A DNA stretch of 63,535 nucleotides, filler included, from Octopus bimaculoides (GCF_001194135.2; 6 parts of 6 records of this genome joined end to end with filler, not necessarily neighbours in it), one strand, 5' to 3'. Shown: positions 1-13,800, counted from the whole stretch's first letter. The notes: a model not told the origin generated them from the sequence alone. Program-made: numbers and translations.

Positions 1-59
1 TACATAAATGTGTATATGTTTGTATATATATATATGTATATAATGTACGTAGCTAGTGG

Positions 60-970
60 CCCTCTCTCACATGCCCTCTGCTGTTCAGTAAGCCAATCTG
101 ACCAGTTATGCTGGCGACACAAAATATGGCAGGCAGTTAGAAACACAGAGGACATCATAAAACTGCAGAAAGACCTGAACGAAATCTACAAATGGGCTAG
201 CAAAAATAACATGCTGTTCAATGCCATGAAATTTCAGGCACTCCACTATCGGTCCGACACCAGGCTCAAATCGGAATGCATTGGACCAGAATGTAATATG
301 ATCCCAGAGTCAGAGTCGGTGCGTGATATGGGGGTTAACATAAGCAATGATGCAACATTCCAGGTCCATATTACCACGATAGCAACACTGTGCAGGGGAG
401 TGGCTGGATGGATTCTAAGGACATTAAGAACCAGAAAAATGGAAGCACTGCTGCTCCTATGGAAGACTTTCCTTCTCAGCCGCTTGTACTACTGCTCCCA
501 ATTATGGTCCCCAGAGAGTGTAAAACAAACTGTGGGACTCGAAGCCATGCAGCACCAGCACACAAAAGATATTGACTCGATGCAAAAGATGGGCTACTGG
601 AAGAGGCTAAAGGAGCTAAGTCTCTATTTCTTGGAGAGGAAAGATGAGAGAGATATGCGGTGATATATATTTGGAAGATTTTGGAAGGTTTAGCTCCTAA
701 TTTGGAACTGACTGCTATAGTAATTCTCGATCTGGATGGCACTGCGTCATACCAAAGTTCCCGTCTTTCCCATCTAAAATAAGGAAGCAGTCCTGCAATA
801 GTCTGGGTTTCAAGGGCCTGCAATTGTTCAACATCACTCCAAGCAATCTTAGAGATCTACATGGTGTTGATGTGGAAATTTTCAAGGAACGTCTGGACAG
901 GTGTCTATCTGAGATACCAGATGAACCACATCGCGGTAGGAGACGCAAAGACGCGCCGCACCGTTCAACC
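60..970 (+). mobile_element. 5'-truncated, frameshifted CR1/L2-type LINE fragment (reverse transcriptase C-terminal half and 3' end)
   Basis: Degenerate YADD motif (tat gct ggc gac aca = YAGDT, 107-121), then a frameshift into ORF 10..663 (LQKDLNEIYKWASKNNMLFNAMK...RDMGVNIS...WILRTL...YCSQLWSP...YWKRLKELSLY). Continues in ORF 824..1087 (FKERLDRCLSEIPDEP). Confidence 0.9.
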
Positions 971-987
971 ACATTGAAAAAACGGAC

Positions 988-1066
<79 letters not shown>
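988..1066. repeat. Compound (TA)n(GA)n microsatellite
   Basis: Read directly from the sequence. Confidence 0.95.
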
Positions 1067-1069
<3 letters not shown>

Positions 1070-1070
<1 letters not shown>

Positions 1071-2366
1071 GGTCATTCCGTAAATAATGCAGTTTTTTCA
1101 TACTTTTCAAAATTGAGATAAACAAAGTTCTTTTTTAATCTGAAGTATACTCTCCTTAATTTTCCGCAATGCTCTTCCATCTATCTGGTAGACTTGCACG
1201 GTCCATCTTTAAACATTCACTTGTCTGTGATGAAAAATACTCCTCCAGCACTATTCTGACCTCGTCTACAGAATTCATACTATTTCAGTCCAAATGGTTT
1301 TGAAGATTGCCTAATAAATGAATATCAGATGGGGCAAACCCCGGCGAATATGGTGGGCGGGACGTCGTTTCCAAGTCAAACTGCTCCAGCATTTGGAATG
1401 TCATCGTTGCTGTATCCTGGTGGGAGAATACCTTTAGTCTTAAAACCAAATTATCCTGATGGGAGAACACCTTTCGTCTTGAAACCAAAGGGGGTCGTTT
1501 TTCTTCTTGCACTGAGTTAAACCGCTCAAACTACTCGCGGTAGATATCCTTTGCTATCGTTTGGTTTGGGTTTAAAAGTTCGAAGTGGACTAAAACTTTT
1601 ATATCACAGCAAACAGATAACACCTTACATGCGTGAAGACCTTCTTTAGCCTTGGATACCGTCGATTCTCCTTCCCCTATCCACTGTCTTCAGTGCTTGA
1701 CATTTTTATAGAGAACCTATTTCTCGTCAGCAGTCACCATTCGGTAGAAACAAGGTTCATTTGCGAGACCTGACAGCAAAAAAGAGCACACATTCACTCT
1801 GCCTGTGATTAACCTCAGAAAGTTTGTGAGGAAATCATTGACCCAATTGCAGTCGTTTCTGATGGCGTGCAAATGTTCATTAATAGTTGAATGACCAAAT
1901 CTAAGCTTCTCTGCTAGTTCCTCAACAGCTAGAATGGGATTTTGTTCCAGCAGGGTTTTCAGGACGTTCCCGTCGTGCTCTCTTGATCTTCCAGTATGAG
2001 ACTCATCTTCTAGTCATATTTTCCGACTCGGGGTTTCTGGAACTACCGTTGACACTGGCTTACACTTATTGTCCGATCCCCATTTACTGCATTAATATTT
2101 CTTAACCATGTCGTTGTGTTGTTGGTTGTTGCCTTTATTGAAGTCATAAAGCAAAATGTGCCAAAGATTCTCCTTTGTCACTTCCATTACAACTTCAAAA
2201 AATAACTGTTAAAATCGAAATGCACACTTCAAAATTTGCACTAAGAATAAGGACAAGGTAAAATCACTACCTGCTTTTATAGCAAGCTGATGCAGGTAGT
2301 CTGTCTCGGCTCCCTCCGACTTTTATTTCATGCAATAGAAAACATCGGACTATGTACGTAATGACA

Positions 2367-2367
<1 letters not shown>
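1070..2367 (-). mobile_element. Near full-length decayed mariner (Tc1/mariner) DNA transposon; transposase pseudogene at about 2187-1135
   Basis: About 1.3 kb long. Degenerate TIRs: gggtcattccgtaaataatgcagtttt at 1070 versus the reverse complement of the right end, gtgtcattacgtacatagtccgatgtttt. The minus strand gives MEVTKENLWHILLYDFNKGNN (ATG 2187), an HTH region (KTLLEQNPILAVEELAEKL) and PPYSPGFAPSDIHLL (YSPDLAP motif), with stops and frameshifts. Confidence 0.9.
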
Positions 2368-2420
<53 letters not shown>

Positions 2421-3597
2421 CGTGTTTGTGCGTGTGTGTGTGGGGGGGCGGAGTGTACACCTTGTATTTGCAACAATATAAAGTATGTAATTAAAAAAAC
2501 ATAACGAATTCATATGAAGAAACCGAGCACAATCTCCTCATATATTCCGCCACATACACACATGCGCGTACGCGCGAGCACACACGCACACGCACGCACA
2601 CACACATACACACACACACGCGCACCCACACCCACTCTCTCTCTCTCTCTCTCTATCAATACACCGACTGCAATGAAAAGTAAAAGCATATGAATTATTG
2701 CTCAAAAGCAGTATATAGTTACATCGTAAAATAATACCAGTTTGAAAGCGATATTTTGTACATACATATAGGTTTTAAACTTTGCCTATTTATACACACA
2801 TGTATACACCAATGACTATTGAACAGATTAATATGTCGTGGTTAATACCAAGGCCTTACCTTGAAATTTAATTACTTTTATGGCACCACGCTGTGCCAGA
2901 ATATTTTCCGTTTGTACATCGAATGAACTATTTAGTTGAAATTACATTGCGAAAACGGATATTAGATTTAAAAGTAAAATTGTTACAAATGTAAATCCTT
3001 GCTCCATATTTCTGTCCTGGCCTGCCATTATGGAGTAATTATAAAATGTGTTGTGGCTGATTATATCATTCATATCTCCAAAATATTTCAAGGTTTCTAG
3101 ACTGTAGATTTTGATACATCTATATGCATTGTATTGAAGATTCCGTCGCCCGTCTCGTGTTCTGGAAATAAAAATGCTACCAATTGTCTCCTTAATCACT
3201 CCTGAACGAGAAATGTCTTCATTTGTTTATAGTTATTTGCTCCGTACGTATAACTGGTGTGTGAAGTTTTGGCCTATTTGTGGGAATAGGTTTTAATTTT
3301 TTATTTCTTATACTTACCAACAATAATGCAGTGTGATTCATTATCTGAGAACTGAATATGAGAAAATAGCCAGACAGATGGTGACACACATACTCACACA
3401 CACTCAGACACACACTCACACACACACATACACACACTCATACACACACATACATATATACATATAGATATGGACGGATTAAGTCAGACATGACATGGGT
3501 TTAATTTTGTTCGAAATCTACCAAAGTTTATCTCAGCAAATGTATGCAGCCACACTCATATATTCACACATACGTACGGATTTTTTAAGTGCATGTA

Positions 3598-6340
3598 TTA
3601 ACTTTGATAACTTTGATAGGTTTCGGCGAGTATAGGCTCAGGCCAGGTCTAACTTAATAGTGCCACCTGGTGCAGTTTTTTAGTCATATATGGCGTGCCA
3701 TGGCCCACTTTAGCAAAGGGTTATCATTGTTTGGGACAGGTACGGGTGTAGGAGGCTGGTCCAGGAATGTTTTGAGAAATTTATCCAGAGAACGTTTGAA
3801 TTTTATGGTATCCGTTTTCATTTTGACGACTTTTGGTATGATATTAAAGAGCTGGACCGGTCTAGGTAAAGTAGTTGTGTCAAAATGTTGTTCTGTGTCC
3901 TGAGTTCGATTTTTGTAGTGGGCGGGTAGCACCGGAACCAAGACTTGGGTGTATTTTAAAGTTGATGTCAACATCATTTGTGCAATATTGATGGAATATT
4001 TCTCCACATCACGCAAATGATGCAGCACTCCCGTCAATGCCTGTCATGCCATCTATCTTTCTTGTTATTGACCTCTGGAATGCTTCCACTTTCATAATGA
4101 ATTGCTTCGTGTAGGGAGACCACAGTGGGTAACAATATTCAAAGTGGAGTCGGGCAAAAGTAGAGCAGAGAAGGATGATGGGGCGGGCATCTCTACACCG
4201 AAATGTTCTCAGAATCCAGGTGCACATCTTGCGGGTCGAGTCAACTTTGCTGTTTACGCGGGAAGTCCAGCTTAGATTGTTATCAATAATTACTCCAAGG
4301 TCTCTGTTGTTGTTGGATGGCAATATCGAGTCGACAAAGGGAAGGGCATATGGCAGTTTCAAAGTATCCTCTTTTCTAAAGTGGATCAAATTAAACTTAT
4401 ATTCATCTAGAAGCATATTGTTCTTTTCCGCCCATTTGGCAACAGCAAACACACCCGACTGAATGTATGTTCGTTCTCCCATACTGTTTATGGTCTTCCG
4501 GAGTTTGGAATCATCTGCAAAGATTTTCAGTGTAGAAAGTTTGATAACGTCTACTATGTCATTGATGTAGATAATGAAGAGCAGTGGGCCTAACACAGTA
4601 CCTTGTGCGACATCACTATTGACTTTGGCTGAACTTGATCGGATTCCATCAAACACAGATATTGGGTTCTGATCGTCAGGAAACACTTTATACCCTGCAG
4701 CAACTTTCTTCAGACTCCAATGTTGGAAGTTTCTTCAGGAGGAGTTTGTGGTCCACTCTGTCAAATCCGTTACTGAAATGAAGAATATGACGTCAGTGCT
4801 GAGACCTTCTCCCAAAGCTTTTAAAATGTCATCAAAATGGTACAGAAGCCGCGACAGGACAGGCAGTCCCTGTCATCATGGAAACCATGCTGGCTGGTGT
4901 TCAATGGAATGTTGTCTACGAGAAAATGAGTTATTCGCGATCTCTACCACCCTCTCAAATACTTAATGAAATGAGAGGTGAGTAAAATTGGACGACAGTT
5001 CGCTGCAAGAGCATTGTTTCCCTTTTTGAAAACTGGTACGATAGACTGGAAAAGAAAATGATCAGGAATGTAGCTAGCTTCATGTGATTTACTCCAGAGC
5101 ACAGCTTGAGGGGCTGCAATTCGATGTCGACACACCTTCAGGACAGTGTCCGGGAATTTATCGGGACATACTGCCGAGTTGTGTTTGATCTTATTTATAT
5201 CTGTTAGGATATCAGAGGCACTAAATGGTATGTCAGATATAGTTAGTTGAGGGTTTACGTCACTGATATTAGCCAGATCAACCGATATAGCGTTACTGAC
5301 TACAGAGCAGTGTTGTTTCTGCAGTATCTCGCACATGGATTTTGCATCATTATGTAGAATGTTTTTCTCATCAATTAGAGGACCAACGGTGGAAACAGCG
5401 ACTTTGTTTTTTTGCAAATTGAAAGAACAGTTTGGGTTTGAGTTTTATTTTCTCAATGGCCCAATTCTCCTTAGCTGCTCTATTTGTTAATGATGGTCAT
5501 CATACGTTTTGGAGGTTGTGTTTTTTTTCGATTCGAGTGATGCAATGGCAGTCGAATGGGTGCGTTGCTGCTGGCAGAATTCAAGTTGGTTGATTTCATT
5601 TTTATTGTTCTTTTTATTTTTCTGATAATTGCTCTTCTATTTCGTGGGATTCTGTGCTTACATTTGTTTACTGATCTTAATGGGGTGTGTATTGCGCACA
5701 TATTTGTCACTGTATCTACAAATGTCTGCCATGATATATTTATGTTGTGGGTGGTGGTGCCTGAAGGCCCAATAAACTTGCGAAAGATCATGAATGATCG
5801 CATCTCATTCAGCGTTATGAAGATCCATAGTCTCAAATGGATGGGCTGGAGACATATCATTGGGTTTAATCTTTAGATGGTAGAATCTCAGATCACAAAG
5901 AACCATGTCATGGTCTGAGAGTAGTGGTGTTTTTTCCTCTGCAATATTGAGGATAGTGTCAATGCGGTTACTGAATGCTAGGTTCAAGATGTTTTTCTGA
6001 GACATTGTTGATTTGAGAACAAGTTGTATCAGGAAAAACTCATCCATGAAATCAAAAAGCAATTCCATTGCTTCCTTATCGGAGTTGTGTTGGAAAAACC
6101 TGGTTTCCAGTCGTTTGTGGATAAATCAACACTGGGAAGTTCGAGTTTCCCATAATTATGCTGTCAGCATGGCACCGATGGATGAAACACTTTATACCGT
6201 TGAAGCCTTCCTCGAAGCGTAGTAAAAGAGTAAAGGGTGGCTTATAGAGCCCTACTACGATTAAATTTTTGGTTTTACTGCACACAGAACCTGCTTCACA
6301 GTAACCATTGGTAAATACTTCCATTGCTTAAGCCGAAAAA
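3598..6340 (-). mobile_element. Decayed CR1/L2-type LINE: partial AP endonuclease, reverse transcriptase and 3' tail
   Basis: Minus-strand ORF pieces: IVVGLYKPP...GNSNFP and SDHDMV (APE, 6324-5805); SIVPVFKKGNNALAANCRPILLTSHFIK (pre-RT); VAQGTVLGPLLFIIYINDI...KIFADDSKL (RT, 4009..4686); FKRSLDKFLKTFLDQP (C-terminus). Short tandem tail (atcaaagtt)x2 near 3600. Confidence 0.92.
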
Positions 6341-6949
6341 GATATCGTGCACCAAAATTGCGTTCCCACTCTATGTGTATGGCTATTTTAGTGGTGGTAA
6401 TTGTTGGTTCTGTTGTTGTGATTCTTATTGCTATAATTGTTCCTGCTGTTGTAGATTTGATGGGTGGGAAAAAAGCTCAGGTCTAATGGGTTGTGAACAG
6501 ATGGAAACTGAAATGTTGATCGTGTCATTAAGTAGGTCACCAATTGTGGATGAAGCAAGGAAAGTTAAAGATCGAGGCTGAGTCTATTGTTGTTCCTGCT
6601 GTGATGGCCGCTGCTTTTTTCTTGTTGCTGTAGTGGCTGTTGTTGCTGCCGAGGTGGTTGCTGTTGGTGTCGTGGTTGTTGTTCTTGTGGTGGTGGTGGT
6701 TTTAGTTGTTGCTATAGGACAGGATTTAAAGAGAAAATATGTTGGAGTTTTTCAAAATGTCTTTTAATTAATTTAAATGTCACTTCAATTTGTTTTGAAA
6801 TTGCTTCGCGGACAGATTTCTTAGGAGTAGAACTCTATGTCTGACTATTCGGTTCCGGCAAGTTGTGTCTATGATCTCCGTTTGGGCACGACAGTAGCAT
6901 GAATTTATTAGAAGGTCTATTTCATTCTCAGACCATTTTAAAAGTTTTA

Positions 6950-8389
6950 TTATCGGCTTCTTTATAACTAGAATTTTATTCTTTTTTCAATCAGTAACAC
7001 GTGATCGATTTTCTTTGACTTCGGTGGTCATGTTTTGTCTTTTTCCGTTGTTTCAAGAGAAAATTTCGAGACGTTCTTAGAAGACTCTTCACCGGCAGAG
7101 ATTTTCTTTGTTTAGGTTTGTATTATTCTTTCTATATCCCTAAAGGTTCATCGTCACTTTCCTTCTTAAAAAAGCTTCTATGACTGTGTGACTTCTATAG
7201 ACTTTCGGAATATCATTTTATAATTTTTAGAGTTATTTAAGTGTAAATTTCAATACTGTACTGAGTGGAACTTTTGTGAAGAAGTTAAAGTTTCTTTTCT
7301 TTGTGATAGTCCGGCTAGCTTAGTTTATTACAGGGACTGAATATGAATCTCTGTAATTCAGAGTTTGTTGTAAGTAGAAAAATAAAATCAATTAGTTTCG
7401 TGTGAGTCAGTTTCATTATTCCTAATAATTTTTTAATAACATTTTTCCTGTGGTCTTTCTGTATTTTTATGCTATCCGATTCATTTACGGTTTGTCCTCG
7501 TAATATGAATTTGATTTTGTCTAAAATTGCATCTCTACTCTCCATGTTGGAACGTGTCCTTATATTGAGATCCATCAATTCAGTTGCATCCAGAATTTCT
7601 TGTGTTCCCTTTATTTTGGATCTTGCTTCTCCTAAGCTTCGGCCTCCTCTCATATGTACAGGTTTATGAATGCCGATGAGGTTTTCTAATTATGACTTTT
7701 AAAAGATTCTATTTAGCTTGGTTTGCTTTTATCGTTGATATTTGGGGCCCTTCGCAGACGTATTTCATCACCGATTTATGCATAACATTTACCGTTGTTG
7801 ATTTCCTTTGAAACTGGGTTTCAGGCATGTATTCTAAAATTGTTCCTGTGAGTCAAGAAGCCAATTTTCACTTTTCTATCATTTTTATATGACATCATTT
7901 CGTGGTTTGCGCTCTCTCACCTCCATTGAGCTGTAACTTTTTCTGTAATATATATAGGAATCGGTTAACCAACGTTTGTAAATTTCAGATTTTTTTTCAA
8001 TTTTACATTAAGTTGATGAATAGTTCCAATCCGTTTCCAATTCTTTACATTTATATTATTGCAGTTTGATCATGTAACTTCTCAGTATATCGTGTGGTAT
8101 CTTTAAATTTTCAATACATCGTTCCAAAAGTAAATGTTCATGAGATTTTTTTGCGTATATGTTTTGTTTAGCGTTTTAGAAGAGTAGCAGATATGTGGGT
8201 ATTATCAAGTACATTCCTTAGCTTTTGAGTGTGGAAGAATTATTTGGTATGGATTTGCTAATGTTCTTTCAGATTTTCTTCATCTAAGTTCTTAAAGTAT
8301 TTTTTTAGTTTCCGGCTGCATTTTCGCAAATTTGAATGGTACGTTTCATTGAAAAATTTAAATGAGCCACATGATAAACTAAGATTCAT
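6950..8389 (-). pseudogene. Heavily decayed reading frame upstream of the LINE ORF2 (possible LINE ORF1 or unrelated pseudogene)
   Basis: ACCATG start at 8389. Stop-interrupted but protein-like minus-strand text (MNLSLSCGSFKFFNETYHSNLRKCSRKLKKYFKNLDEENLKEH*; HEHLLLERCIENLKIPHDILRSY), plus ORF 7315..7653. No family recognised. Confidence 0.35.
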
Positions 8390-10170
8390 GGTCTTATTGC
8401 AGTAAGTAAATATAAAAGTAAAGAATCGAAACTACGCTGAAACTTTTTATCAACATTCAAACTATGTCTTTTAATGTCTCTCCATAATTTCAAATATTAA
8501 TGCACAACAAAACACAAATATTTTTCCCTAAGACACTCAATAATATATTGGTTTCATTCCATACTCACCGCATTCACGATATCATCAAATAGTTTTATAT
8601 AATTTAAGTTGATTTTTTTTTTCTCATTTGAAAAAAGAAAGAAACGAGTATACAGAACTAAAATACGTACGTCTCATTCCGATAACAAGAATTGAATCAT
8701 AATTAATAAAGTATATGCATTGATATGAAAGACACTAACAGTGTCTTCTAAATATAGTCTTCATAACTCTACAAAGCAAATATATTACAACTCTAAGTTT
8801 TGTTTTGTTTTTTAACAACTATTTTGCCCGCATGAAAACGAATGCAAATGCATTTTTATTGAACCTATCACAAGTTTGGACTTAAATAAAGAGATTTCAA
8901 GGGACATTACCAAGGCTTGTCCATTCAAAAGGCAGGCTTAATATATTTATTTCAATTAAATGAGATTATTTTATTTTGGCTGATATTTGTATTAGGAAAT
9001 ATATTTTATAATTATTTGAAAGTAAAATAGAAAAGAATTTTGAGTGAATGTCTTACTTTATGGAAAATCTCGCGCAAATGAACAAGTTTAAAACTTTTGT
9101 AAACAGTATTAGCACTGATATCTAATGCACTATGGACTATAGTAATAACAAACTTCAGTTCTAAAATATAGAAGGAATAACAATAAATAACTTAAAACTT
9201 GTCTTGCCATTTATATTTACTGACACCCGACAATACCTACTATACGTATCAGATAATTCTAAAGTTACTTCAATTAATATTTCATATGACACAGTGAAAC
9301 GAATGTACAAGATTCTCTTGGGTTCCCAAATATCGATGCTTTACATTCTAACAACAACTGAATTCAAACAGCGGAAAAAATTGACATTCAACAGCTTCTG
9401 AAATATTCAAATAGTGTTTTGACATATATCTCAACATGTAACAAACATTGCTGACGTCTTTGCTATTAAACTTCAAAGCGTACCGGCGTTACTTCGAAAA
9501 CAGAAAAGGTAAGGTGTCGGCATACATTAAATTTCTAAAAGTAAAATTGAGTCAACATTAAAAAAAAATATGGCGATAGGCGCAAAACAATGATTGGAAA
9601 GTACGGATGTGAGGATGAAAATATACAATCGTCTGGACTGAGAAGTATGCAGTTATTTATTCAAGAGGGAGGTATACTCAGAATTATGTATAAACTGTTA
9701 TGCTGTTATTAAACTGTCATCGATACTTAAAATTCAAAACGATACTGTCAGCGTTACGTTAACCAAAATGGTGAATTTTTGGGAAAAAATATCATTCACA
9801 GAGGATACTTTACAAGCATGCAGAATAAAATATTTTTGGAATTTATAAACAATACTTAGCAGAAATTGGGTGATTTGTTTAAACTGATATAGCATTATTA
9901 TATATGATATAATAATATTACATCTGCACATGACATATCTTTAATATATTCCCTAAAAAACGATACTATATTCCATTCCATTTGTTTACATGAACATCAA
10001 ATTAGGCACTATTGCTGAATGATATGAGAATAATTTGTTGCAATTATTTGTTTCTTATGATTAATAGTTATTCGAAATTGTATTTATTAAAATTTAAAAA
10101 ATCATTTATGGATGTAGATGAGTGTGTGTGTGTGTGTGTGTGTACCCAGGTCCAATCCTATATATATATA

Positions 10171-10430
10171 TTCGTTTATTCTTTTACTTGTTTCAGTCAT
10201 TTGACTGCAGCCATGCTGGAGCACCGCCTTTAGTCGAGCAAATCGACCCCGGGATTTATTCTTTGTAAGCCTAGTACTTATTCTATCGGTCTCTTTTGCC
10301 GAACTGCTAAGTTACGGGGACGTAAACACACTACCATCGGTTGTCAAGCGATGTTGGGTGGACAAACACACACACACACACACACATACATATATATATA
10401 CATATATACGACGGGCTTCTTTCAGTTTCC
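10171..10430 (-). mobile_element. tRNA-derived SINE, family A (3' two-thirds; cut by a gap)
   Basis: Reverse complement of the 3' part of the copy at 21501-21900 (ccatgctggagcaccgcctttagtcgagcaaatcgacccc...gacgggcttctttcagtttcc). Confidence 0.9.
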
Positions 10431-10530
10431 NNNNNNNNNNNNNNNNNNNNNNNNNNNNNNNNNNNNNNNNNNNNTTAATTAATTAANNNNNNNNNNNNNN
10501 NNNNNNNNNNNNNNNNNNNNNNNNNNNNNN
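10431..10530. other. Assembly spacer: 44 N + TTAATTAATTAA + 44 N (also at 23919-24018, 32886-32985, 43587-43686, 54890-54989)
   Basis: Five identical 100-bp constructs. The 12-mer is palindromic and has a stop codon in all six frames. Confidence 0.95.
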
Positions 10531-11369
10531 ATATATATATATATTATATGTATATACATATACCTATATAGTTGATCCTCACTACCTGATTAAATCTATG
10601 TATGTATGTGTATATATATATGTATATTCGACCCTTCCAGAAGCATGAAGTAGTAAGGCTCCCATTAGGGGCCTGCGAAACTTGAAGTACCACGGAACGG
10701 AATCAAATTAGACAATAAATGTAACTCCAACTAAATAAGTTGAGTGCCCTTTTCTTTCGCTTGTCCACTCACCCATACACACACACACACACATATCTCC
10801 TCGTACTCACACATACACATATAAATGTGTAGATTGCATGCATACGTAGCATAATAACAAAATATAATATTAAAAATTCAATGGAATATATTATTTGAGT
10901 GACTTGATTCGATGTGATACTTCGAGGAGCATGTGTTTTGTGAGTCGCATTAATCAGTGGCGCTCATTATTCTAATGCAAAGAATAGAATCAGACTCAAA
11001 CGAACGGAAGTTAATCTATTTAATAAATACACTTGAGATGTAGAGTTATAAAAGAAAAAAAAAACATGCTCATATAAAAGTATTTAAATACGCGCGCGCG
11101 CGCACATACACACGTACACACAAACGCACATATACATATGCGTATTGCGTGGGTGCATATGTGTGTGTTTCATAATTATACAAGTGGAGAATGAGTGAGA
11201 GAGGGAGAGAGTGAGAGAGAGTGATAAACTTCTATACATGTATATATACCTTAACACATGTGTGTGAGTATATATATATGTATATATGTATATTTACATA
11301 TACATGTGTTAAAGTATATGGGTATAGAAGTTTATCGCTCTCTCTCTCTCTTTCAATCTCTCTCTCACT

Positions 11370-11410
<41 letters not shown>

Positions 11411-11501
11411 TGCATATACACATGCATACGTATTGATACATTTTATTTATGTAATCATATATGTTTAGGTATATACATACACACACACACTCTCACACAC
11501 A

Positions 11502-11543
<42 letters not shown>

Positions 11544-11919
11544 AGTACACACAGACGTAGGCACACACTCACGCACATACTGACACATGCACATGTATGT
11601 ATGTGTGTGTCTGTGTGTATACATATATATATACATGTTTTGGCTATAATGTAAGTTCAACATTATCTCTTTTATTCCACCTTTAATTCCGTCAATGACG
11701 CCACCCTCATCTCACAGCGATGGAAATCAACATTTCTATTAACTTCGTCGCAACGAACTCGACACATAAAGTATAATATCGCATTCCGTGTAAATTCTTA
11801 CTCAAGAATATCAACACAATTATTTGGAGAATCAACCACTGCAACAACAATAATTATTTTATATGCGTGTGAAGTCACAACAAACATGGAGAGCGCTCCC
11901 TTCCTATCCCCTCAAAAGG

Positions 11920-11978
<59 letters not shown>

Positions 11979-12369
11979 AATGTGTGTGTGTATGTGTGTG
12001 TGTCTGTGTGTGTGTGCGTGCGTGTGTGTGTGTATGATATGATATATATATTATATATATGTGTGTATATACATATACATATATATACATAAATATATGT
12101 TTATATATGCATATATATATATACATATGTATATATACATATTTATATACATATATACATGCATGTGTATATATATACATACAGAGGCAGACACGCATAT
12201 ATATAAACGCACACATTGCTACATGGATACATACATGCATACATGCACATATACATAGTTGTGTATTTTATCGTTTTCTTACCTGCCTGCTTGTTTTATC
12301 CGCTAGGTAAAGGATCTTGTTTTCGGCGCCTAAATCCACACACACTACAAAAGTAATAAAACAACAAAT

Positions 12370-12734
12370 AGAACTACGACGACGACGACGACGACGACGA
12401 CGATACGAGAAAGAACGTCAAGCGGAGAAGCTGTTGGCCAGGAATCCACAGCACTTAGGAAACCATCAAAACCACCACCGTGAACTTTTTTCTCCCCCCT
12501 CGTCCTTCTATCTTCTTTTCCCCTTGTGTCGGCTCTCCTCCGCCTTCCACTCACATGCATTCACTATCTCCTTTGCCATCCGTCTTTGGTGATCTTTCTT
12601 TACGGAAGCGGCGCTTGTAAGATAGGAGATGCGGCGTCTGAGGCAGCAGCAGCGGTAGCAACAATAAACGGCAGCACTTGCAGCAGTAGTAACACTAACA
12701 ACACTAACAAGGTGAGCAACGGCCACGACAACAG

Positions 12735-12772
<38 letters not shown>

Positions 12773-12774
12773 GC

Positions 12775-12826
<52 letters not shown>

Positions 12827-13196
12827 GTAATAATAATAATAGTAATAATAGTAATAATAATGGTGTTGGTAGCTAGCAACCGAAACAACAGCAACAACAG
12901 ATAACAACTACAAGAAGGAAAAAAGTCTACTACAAACAACTATTGTAAGTGCGACAGCAGCAACAAGAGCAGCAGCAAAAGCTAATACTATAACAACAGC
13001 AGCAGCAGCAGCAGCAGCAACTACAACAGCAGCAACAGTATATAAGTGATAACAGTTGTAATGTTAGCAACGACGAGGGGACTGATTTAAAAGGGAAGGA
13101 AAAAAGATATTAATAAAGCATTATATATTGTATAAAGAAAAAGAAAGTGGACATAAATGAGAAGGAGAAAGAGAGAGACAGAGGGAGACAGAGAGA

Positions 13197-13274
<78 letters not shown>

Positions 13275-13504
13275 GAGAAGGTGGAAGAGTATGAAGAAGT
13301 TAATATGCTAGAATAAGAAATACCTGAAACATAATAGGAAAATGAAAGAAACTAAAGAGTAAACACACCGAGAAGAGTAACGAAGTAGCTGCGATTATTA
13401 CAGAAAGAAGTCGATAACACTTTAAAACAACAACAAAGACGACGAGGAAGACGACAACAACACCTGCAGCAACACAACCGTAGCAATGATAGGGAAACTG
13501 AACA

Positions 13505-13540
<36 letters not shown>

Positions 13541-13800
13541 GAAATGATAATTTAAATTATAAGTCTGCAACTATAATTAAGATTTGAGCCACAGCAGCAA
13601 CAATACAAACAGCAGTTATTAGAGGCAGCGGCATCAGCAACAACAACAACAACAACAGCAGCACAAGCAGCAGCAGCAGCAGCAGAAGTAAGAACAACAC
13701 GAAAATTATCAGCAGCATTAGAGGCAACAACACTACATGCAGCAACAAGAGTAGAAGCGGCCGCAGCAGCAGTGACATCAACAAGTCTACTTGTAGTTTA
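12370..13800. repeat. Mosaic of trinucleotide tracts (GAC, CAA, AAT, CAG) plus a long (GA)n tract
   Basis: Read directly, e.g. (CAA)n/(AAT)n at 12735-12860 and (GA)n at about 13170-13275. Confidence 0.9.

Noticed and set aside
6720-6915. CCCH zinc fingers of a LINE ORF1
   Set aside because: The scattered Cys/His codons require several frameshifts to align, which is not supportable by eye.
10475-10486. Recurrent PacI-like palindrome TTAATTAATTAA as a biological motif
   Set aside because: It is always centred in exactly 44+44 Ns, so it is an assembly linker.
12526-12876. Poly-Asn protein ORF
   Set aside because: Most of its length is (CAA)/(AAT) microsatellite, open in several frames. Only the short exon candidate is kept as a low-interest finding.
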